Below, one piece after another: positions 58,745-64,000 of a stretch of DNA of 64,000 bases. Where the stretch lies: contig JBGQGB010000001.1 in the NCBI GenBank assembly GCA_041497195.1, forward strand, positions 279,376-343,375, given 5' to 3'. Under the pieces are notes generated by a model. That model made no database searches, was not told the origin of the DNA, and worked only from the letters and a program-made list of their open reading frames with translations. The translations under genes were made by a program, and so were the position numbers. Numbering within the stretch: the first letter of the stretch is position 1; each line of letters starts with the position of its first letter. Origin of the DNA: Candidatus Doudnabacteria bacterium. GTDB lineage: Bacteria > Patescibacteriota > Doudnabacteria > UBA920 > 2-01-FULL-46-14.

Positions 58745-60579
58745 TTCTTCTCCTCAAACTGGGCGTCCTCTGGCTTTTCGTCCGACTTTTTCTCCTGCTT
58801 GCCCTGATCGGCGGCCTTGCCCGTCTGGGCCTGATTCTGATACATAGCAGCTCCCACCTTTTGAATTTCCTGACTGATAGCGTCCATCTGCTTTTTGATA
58901 ACATCGACATCGCTCCCGTCTTTGGCCTTTTTTAGTTCGGCCACTTTGCCTTCCAAACCAGTCTTGGTGGCAGCGTCGACTTTGTCGCCAGCATCCTTCA
59001 GGGTCTTTTCCACCACGTGAATGAGCTGATCAGCTTGGTTTCTCGCTTCAATCAGTTCCCGGCGCTTCCGGTCTTCCACGGCATGCGCCTCGGCTTCCTT
59101 GCGCATCCGTTCGATTTCCTCTTTCGAAAGATTGGAAGAACCGGAAATGGTAATGTTTTGCACTTTACTCGTGGCTTTGTCTTTGGCCGTGACTGTCAAA
59201 ATCCCATTGGCGTCAATCTCAAAGGTCACCTCGACTTGCGGCACGCCTCTGGGCGCGGACGGAATGCCGTCGAGAATAAACCGCCCCAAAGATTTATTGT
59301 CAGTCGAAAGCGGCCGCTCACCTTGCAAAATATGAATCTCGACCGAAGTCTGGTTATCCGCGGCGGTGGAAAATACCTGCGACTTTGAAGTCGGAATTGT
59401 CGTATTGCGCTCAATCAGCGGCGTGGCCACCCCGCCCATGGTCTCTATCCCCAGGGTCAAGGGAGTCACATCCAAAAGCAAAACATCCTTGACCTCACCG
59501 CCAAGCACGCCGGCTTGCACTGCCGCCCCCTTGGCCACGGCTTCCATCGGGTCCACGCCGCGTTCCACTTTTTTGCCCAAAAAATCCTCGACGAATTTCT
59601 GGACGATCGGCATGCGTGTGGGACCGCCGACCATCAGGACTTTGTCGATGTCTGTGGGGGAAAGCTTCGCATCCGCCAAAGCTTGCTGCACCGAGCTCCG
59701 GCAACGCTCCACGATCGGCTTGACCAATTCTTCGAGCTTGGCGCGGGTAATTTTCATGGTTAAGTGTTTCGGCCCCGACGCGTCAGCGGTAATGAACGGC
59801 AGATTTATCTCCGTTTCCAGAGTGGTAGACAGCTCAATCTTGGCTTTTTCCGCCGCTTCCTTGAGCCGGTTGAAAGCGATTTTGTCCGCACGGACATCAA
59901 TGCCGGATTGTTTTTTGAATTCGGCCGCAATGTAATCCATCAAGACACTGTCCATGTCAGTGCCTCCCAGATGAGTGTCGCCCGAAGTGGAAATGACTTC
60001 AAAAACGCCCTGACCAAAATCCATGATAGTGACATCCAAAGTGCCACCGCCAAAATCAAAAACCAAAATCTTTTGTTCGCCTTGGGCTTTATCCAAGCCG
60101 TAGGCGAGAGCGGCGGCCGTCGGCTCGTTGATAATGCGGATGACCTCCAGCCCGGCAATTTCGCCGGCGTTCTTGGTGGCTTGGCGCTGGGCGTCGTCGA
60201 AATAAGCAGGCACGGTGATGACTGCTTTTTGAATCGGCTCCCCCAGATAAGCCTCGGAGTCTTTTTTGATTTTTTGCAAGATGAATGCGGAAATTTGCTC
60301 GGGCGTATATTCTTTATCAGCTAGTTTGATTTTCTCTTTGGTGCCCATCTTCCGTTTGACCGCATAGGCCGTGCCTTCGGGATTGGTCACAGCCTGCCGA
60401 CGGGCCGGCTCACCGACCAGAAGCTCTCCGTCACGCGTGAGCGCCACGTAAGACGGAAACGCTTTGCCGCCCCCGACAGTCGTACCTTCCGCGGACGGAA
60501 TGATGACTGGCTTGCCACCTTCGAGCACCGCTGCTGCGCTATTGCTGGTTCCGAGATCAATACCAATGATTTTTGCCAT
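58741..60579 (-). CDS. dnaK: Chaperone DnaK
   Basis: [26 protein letters not shown]. Confidence 0.98.
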   Translation of the reverse strand: MAKIIGIDLGTSNSAAAVLEGGKPVIIPSAEGTTVGGGKAFPSYVALTRDGELLVGEPARRQAVTNPEGTAYAVKRKMGTKEKIKLADKEYTPEQISAFILQKIKKDSEAYLGEPIQKAVITVPAYFDDAQRQATKNAGEIAGLEVIRIINEPTAAALAYGLDKAQGEQKILVFDFGGGTLDVTIMDFGQGVFEVISTSGDTHLGGTDMDSVLMDYIAAEFKKQSGIDVRADKIAFNRLKEAAEKAKIELSTTLETEINLPFITADASGPKHLTMKITRAKLEELVKPIVERCRSSVQQALADAKLSPTDIDKVLMVGGPTRMPIVQKFVEDFLGKKVERGVDPMEAVAKGAAVQAGVLGGEVKDVLLLDVTPLTLGIETMGGVATPLIERNTTIPTSKSQVFSTAADNQTSVEIHILQGERPLSTDNKSLGRFILDGIPSAPRGVPQVEVTFEIDANGILTVTAKDKATSKVQNITISGSSNLSKEEIERMRKEAEAHAVEDRKRRELIEARNQADQLIHVVEKTLKDAGDKVDAATKTGLEGKVAELKKAKDGSDVDVIKKQMDAISQEIQKVGAAMYQNQAQTGKAADQGKQEKKSDEKPEDAQFEEKK

Positions 60580-60584
60580 ATAAG

Positions 60585-61067
60585 TTACTCCTTTCCTTTG
60601 GCCACTTTGACTTTGCTGGGCCTGATTACTTTATCATTTAATTTATAACCACTTTGGATTTCTTCAATGATGATCCCCGCTTCCTGATCCGCTTCCAGAT
60701 GCTCGACCGCTTCATGAAACCGGGGGTCGAATTTTTCTCCCACACTTTTGATTTTCTCCACTCCCATCTCCAGCAAGACTTTCTCCAGCTGCTGGACGAT
60801 CTTGACCACACCTTCGGACCACAGCTGATAGCGTTCATCTTTGGGGGAATGAAATAGAGCTTGCTCCAGGCTTTCCAGAGTTGGGAGGATCTTGACGACC
60901 GTGACTTCCTGAGCAAATTGCAAAAGCTCCTGATCCTCTTTTTCCCGGCGTTTCTTGTAATTTTCAAAGTCTGCAGCCGTGCGTTTCCAGGAATTCAAAT
61001 ACTCCTCGGCCTTGCGCTTGTATTCAGCTAATTCTGCCTCCACGGATTTGTTTTGTTCTCCGGTCAT
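60585..61067 (-). CDS. grpE: Nucleotide exchange factor GrpE
   Basis: [25 protein letters not shown]. Confidence 0.96.
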   Translation of the reverse strand: MTGEQNKSVEAELAEYKRKAEEYLNSWKRTAADFENYKKRREKEDQELLQFAQEVTVVKILPTLESLEQALFHSPKDERYQLWSEGVVKIVQQLEKVLLEMGVEKIKSVGEKFDPRFHEAVEHLEADQEAGIIIEEIQSGYKLNDKVIRPSKVKVAKGKE

Positions 61068-61813
61068 ACCTTCAAATTATGCAAATGAACCAAAAAATAT
61101 ACCCCGAGCCCGCTGGATAACAATTTGGAAATATATTCCAAGAGACTGATATTTCTGGCGTATTTCATCCGTTTCGGCCCGACTATGCCGATCACCCCAT
61201 GCTGCCCGCCAGGTAAATTGACTTTGGTCACCACTAGGCTGAAATCCGAAGCCAACGGGATAGGAGCTTCCTTGCCAATAAAGGTTTCGACTTTCTGGAA
61301 ATCCTTTTTTATCAAAGTCTTGCTGTGAGTATCCAATTCTTCGAGAAACCGAGCCAACTCCTTGAGCTCATCCCGTTGCACGTCTTGTTCCATGACTTTA
61401 GCCAGGCCACTGGTAGAAACGCTCTCCGGCAAAAGGGCAAAAGCCGCGCCCTGGGCTTGGTCTGACAAAAGTTTGCTGATACTGTGCCCCAGCTCCAGGT
61501 ACTGACCTTTGAGACGAACCAATTCTTGACGCAACCGCTGCTGTTCGAGGGTGCTCAACTCCAAATGGCGCATGAGCTTGTTCACAAAATACCGATAGCC
61601 CTGGTCAGTCGGCACGCGGCCGGCCGAGGTGTGCGGCTGGGTAATAAATCCGACTTTTTCCAAAGCTTTCATTTCATTGCGTACTGTCGCTGAACTGACA
61701 TCCAGGCGGTATTTTTCCGCCAGGTCTTCTGACCCGACTGGCTCGCCTTTTTGACTGTATTCTTTGACAATGGCGGCCAAAATTTGCCCTTGTCTGCTGG
61801 TAATTTTTTCCAT
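61064..61813 (-). CDS. hrcA: Heat-inducible repressor HrcA (short form)
   Basis: SSATVRNEM, HTSAGRVPT..GYR, GIVGPKRM.Y. Confidence 0.93.
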   Translation of the reverse strand: MEKITSRQGQILAAIVKEYSQKGEPVGSEDLAEKYRLDVSSATVRNEMKALEKVGFITQPHTSAGRVPTDQGYRYFVNKLMRHLELSTLEQQRLRQELVRLKGQYLELGHSISKLLSDQAQGAAFALLPESVSTSGLAKVMEQDVQRDELKELARFLEELDTHSKTLIKKDFQKVETFIGKEAPIPLASDFSLVVTKVNLPGGQHGVIGIVGPKRMKYARNISLLEYISKLLSSGLGVYFLVHLHNLKV

Positions 61814-61824
61814 ATCTATCCCTA

Positions 61825-61860
61825 ATTATACTTTTAGCACTCAAGTGTGTCAAGTGCTAA
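61825..61860 (-). promoter_or_regulatory. CIRCE operator overlapping a consensus promoter
   Basis: TTAGCACTT-N9-GAGTGCTAA (61834-61860); TTGACA-17-TATAAT. Confidence 0.92.
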
Positions 61861-61936
61861 AAATCCCGTTTACAAACGGCTCGGACTTTGCTACAATCGG
61901 TTGTCAGACATGTTGCGCCATAAGGAGGAACATCAT

Positions 61937-62191
61937 ATGTTCAAGTGGCTAGTTGGAGCTGGGACGTTGACTCTGGGTCTGGTGCTCACAGCATGCTGGC
62001 TCCAAATTCGTATCAACCAGCTGAACCGCAAGGTGGGACAAAGCCTCACTGGGGCTGATCCAGCACTAACTGAACGCAGCCTTTCTCTCGAGAAAAAACG
62101 CCGATTTTCTTTCTGGTTAGCTCTGGGCGTTGCGGCTATTACCGCAATTGTGTTTGTGGTGATGACTCTGCACGATCAGCATTTCTTTTGA
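61937..62191 (+). CDS. Small 2-TM orphan protein
   Basis: TTTACA-17-TACAAT promoter, TAAGGAGG SD, terminator near 62226-62266. Confidence 0.7.
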   Translation: MFKWLVGAGTLTLGLVLTACWLQIRINQLNRKVGQSLTGADPALTERSLSLEKKRRFSFWLALGVAAITAIVFVVMTLHDQHFF

Positions 62192-62282
62192 ATTCTGTTC
62201 GGACAACGGCCAATCGGGCACGAAAAGGCAGCTTCCCGCATTCAAGGAGGCTGCCTAATTTTTTTATCTAGGCTCCTAGGCT

Positions 62283-62342
62283 CTACAAAATCTTTTTCAA
62301 ATACTGACCAGTATAGGACTTTTTGACCGATGTCATTTCCTC
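62283..62342 (-). pseudogene. Diverged duplicate of uvrA 3' end
   Basis: [19 protein letters not shown] versus [19 protein letters not shown] (15/19 aa). Confidence 0.9.
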
Positions 62343-62419
62343 CCATCTACATGATAATTGACTTTGCCCCGGAGTTATGATATCTTTATTCTCGAACTAA
62401 ATAAGGAGGAACACATACC

Positions 62420-62668
62420 ATGTTGAATCTATTTCAGCTTCGGTATCTGCTGGTAGATCTGGGGGCTCCATTGCTGGCCATAGCTGTCGTACTATTTATT
62501 ATTGCACAACGTGTTCACAAAGAGCTCTACAAACCGGCTCTCACTCGCGACCAACTTGGCCAGAACTTGAAGCGTTATCAATCCTACGTTCGTGCGTCGC
62601 TGCTTTTCTTCCTGGCTGGCGCATTCTGCCTAACTGTGGAGTTCGCCCTTCTTAAAGGATTGAGGTAG
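62420..62668 (+). CDS. Small 2-TM orphan protein
   Basis: TTGACT-17-TATCTT promoter, TAAGGAGG SD, terminator near 62697-62738. Confidence 0.7.
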   Translation: MLNLFQLRYLLVDLGAPLLAIAVVLFIIAQRVHKELYKPALTRDQLGQNLKRYQSYVRASLLFFLAGAFCLTVEFALLKGLR

Positions 62669-62745
62669 ACTCCTTCAGCACCGCCTAAGATGCAAACCAC
62701 CGCGTTCCCAGAATAGGATCGCGGTGGTCATTTTTTTTCGAAATG

Positions 62746-64000
62746 TTATAAAATCTTTTTCAAGTACTGACCAGTATAAGATTGTTTCACGCGGGCGACT
62801 TCCTCGGGCGTGCCCTGAGCGAGCAGTTTGCCCCCTTTGTCCCCGCCTTCCGGCCCGAGATCAATAATCCAGTCCGCATATTTGATCACGTGCAAATTGT
62901 GCTCGATCACCACTACGGTATTGCCTTTATCAACAAGCTTGGTGAGCACGTCGAGTAATCGCTTCACGTCATCAAAATGCAAACCAGTAGTCGGCTCGTC
63001 CAGAATATAAAGCGTCTTGCCGGTTTGGGTGCGCGACAGTTCAGTGGCGAGTTTGATCCGCTGCGCCTCCCCCCCGGACAGGGTCGTGGCAGACTGGCCC
63101 AAGTGCATATAGCCCAGACCGACCAGGGACAACACCTCGAGTTTGCGAAAAATCACCGGCACGTTGCGGAAAAATATTCGCGCTTCGTCCACGGTCATCT
63201 CCAGAACATCGGCAATGGTTTTGCCTTTGTAATGGATGTCGAGGGCTTCTTTATTGTAACGCTTGCCTTTGCATTCTTCGCAGACCACATAAACATCGGG
63301 TAAAAAATGCATTTCGATTTGGATCACGCCATCCCCGGAACAGACCTCGCACCGCCCGCCTTTGACGTTGAAGGAAAACCGACCCGACTGGTAGCCGCGA
63401 ATCTTGGCTTCCTGCGTGGAGGCAAACAAATCCCGAATGTAAGTAAACACGCCCGTATAAGTGGCCGGGTTAGACCGGGGCGTCCGGCCGATAGGGCTCT
63501 GGTCGATATTGATGACTTTATCGATGTTATCCAGTCCCAAAATTTTCTTGTGCTCGCCGGGTGAATCTTTGGCATTATAAAAGTACGAGGACAGGGCTTT
63601 GGCCAAAATATCATTGAGCAAAGTCGATTTGCCCGAGCCCGACACGCCGGTTAGGCAAATAAACTTGCCCAAAGGAATTTCCACGTCCACATTCTGCAAA
63701 TTGTGCTCAGCAGCCCCAATAATGCTCAATTTGCGGCCGTTTCCCGGCCGCCGTCGCAGCGGCACAGGAATCGTCTCCAATCCTGCCAGATAACGGCCAG
63801 TCAGGGAAGTGTGGTTTTTTTTGAGATCAGCCGGCGTCCCAGCTGCCACCACCTCGCCTCCGTGTTTACCCGCCCCCGGACCAATATCCACGACCCAATC
63901 AGCCGCCAAAATGGTTTCCTCGTCATGTTCCACCACAATCACGGTATTGCCCAGATCCCGCAGACTCTTGAGAGTCTCCAAAAGTCTGGCGTTGTCGCGC
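62746..64000 (-). CDS. uvrA: Excinuclease ABC subunit A, C-terminal part
   Basis: [36 protein letters not shown]. Confidence 0.97.
   Translation of the reverse strand, partial: RDNARLLETLKSLRDLGNTVIVVEHDEETILAADWVVDIGPGAGKHGGEVVAAGTPADLKKNHTSLTGRYLAGLETIPVPLRRRPGNGRKLSIIGAAEHNLQNVDVEIPLGKFICLTGVSGSGKSTLLNDILAKALSSYFYNAKDSPGEHKKILGLDNIDKVINIDQSPIGRTPRSNPATYTGVFTYIRDLFASTQEAKIRGYQSGRFSFNVKGGRCEVCSGDGVIQIEMHFLPDVYVVCEECKGKRYNKEALDIHYKGKTIADVLEMTVDEARIFFRNVPVIFRKLEVLSLVGLGYMHLGQSATTLSGGEAQRIKLATELSRTQTGKTLYILDEPTTGLHFDDVKRLLDVLTKLVDKGNTVVVIEHNLHVIKYADWIIDLGPEGGDKGGKLLAQGTPEEVARVKQSYTGQYLKKIL

Noticed and set aside
1-64000. CRISPR array or cas genes
   Set aside because: No short regularly spaced repeats seen; the 92-bp repeat has two copies separated by an ORF.
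1-64000. Alternative genetic code (UGA=Gly)
   Set aside because: Conserved genes such as metK, dnaK and purF end in TGA at the expected positions and have no internal TGA.

Overview
A 64-kb chromosomal segment that reads with standard code 11. Gene content and style (VirB2-like pilin, large S-layer-like protein, split ComEC, DprA, class II RNR, degenerate second HisRS, REP-like palindromes) suggest a Patescibacteria/CPR bacterium; this is inference. The backbone is housekeeping: surface-glycan enzymes, HU-nusB-rpmF, metK, groESL, mutM, rel, ndk, comEC, hisS, nrdR-nrdJ with a putative B12 uptake/activation module, ftsAZ, lepB, pth, dprA, topA, hrcA-grpE-dnaK-dnaJ, uvrA, four tRNAs and a probable 6S RNA. 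The most unusual content is non-coding. (1) Two units of about 1.5-2 kb (14160-16200, 23490-25000) embed small orphan ORFs with strong Shine-Dalgarno sites in long hairpin-rich RNA, carry boxA-like motifs, and end in structured RNAs sharing an AAGGUAAUU linker. (2) Several uORF/attenuator leaders: a His-codon leader controlling a radical SAM gene plus hisS, an aromatic-codon leader controlling tiny orphans, and a riboswitch-like leader before a probable folate module. (3) Recoded duplicates of gene 3' ends (ftsZ, uvrA) and of the tRNA-Pro 3' end that look like insertion scars. (4) Orphan purF and a divergent pyrB. All product calls come from motif recognition by eye; no database search or folding program was run.
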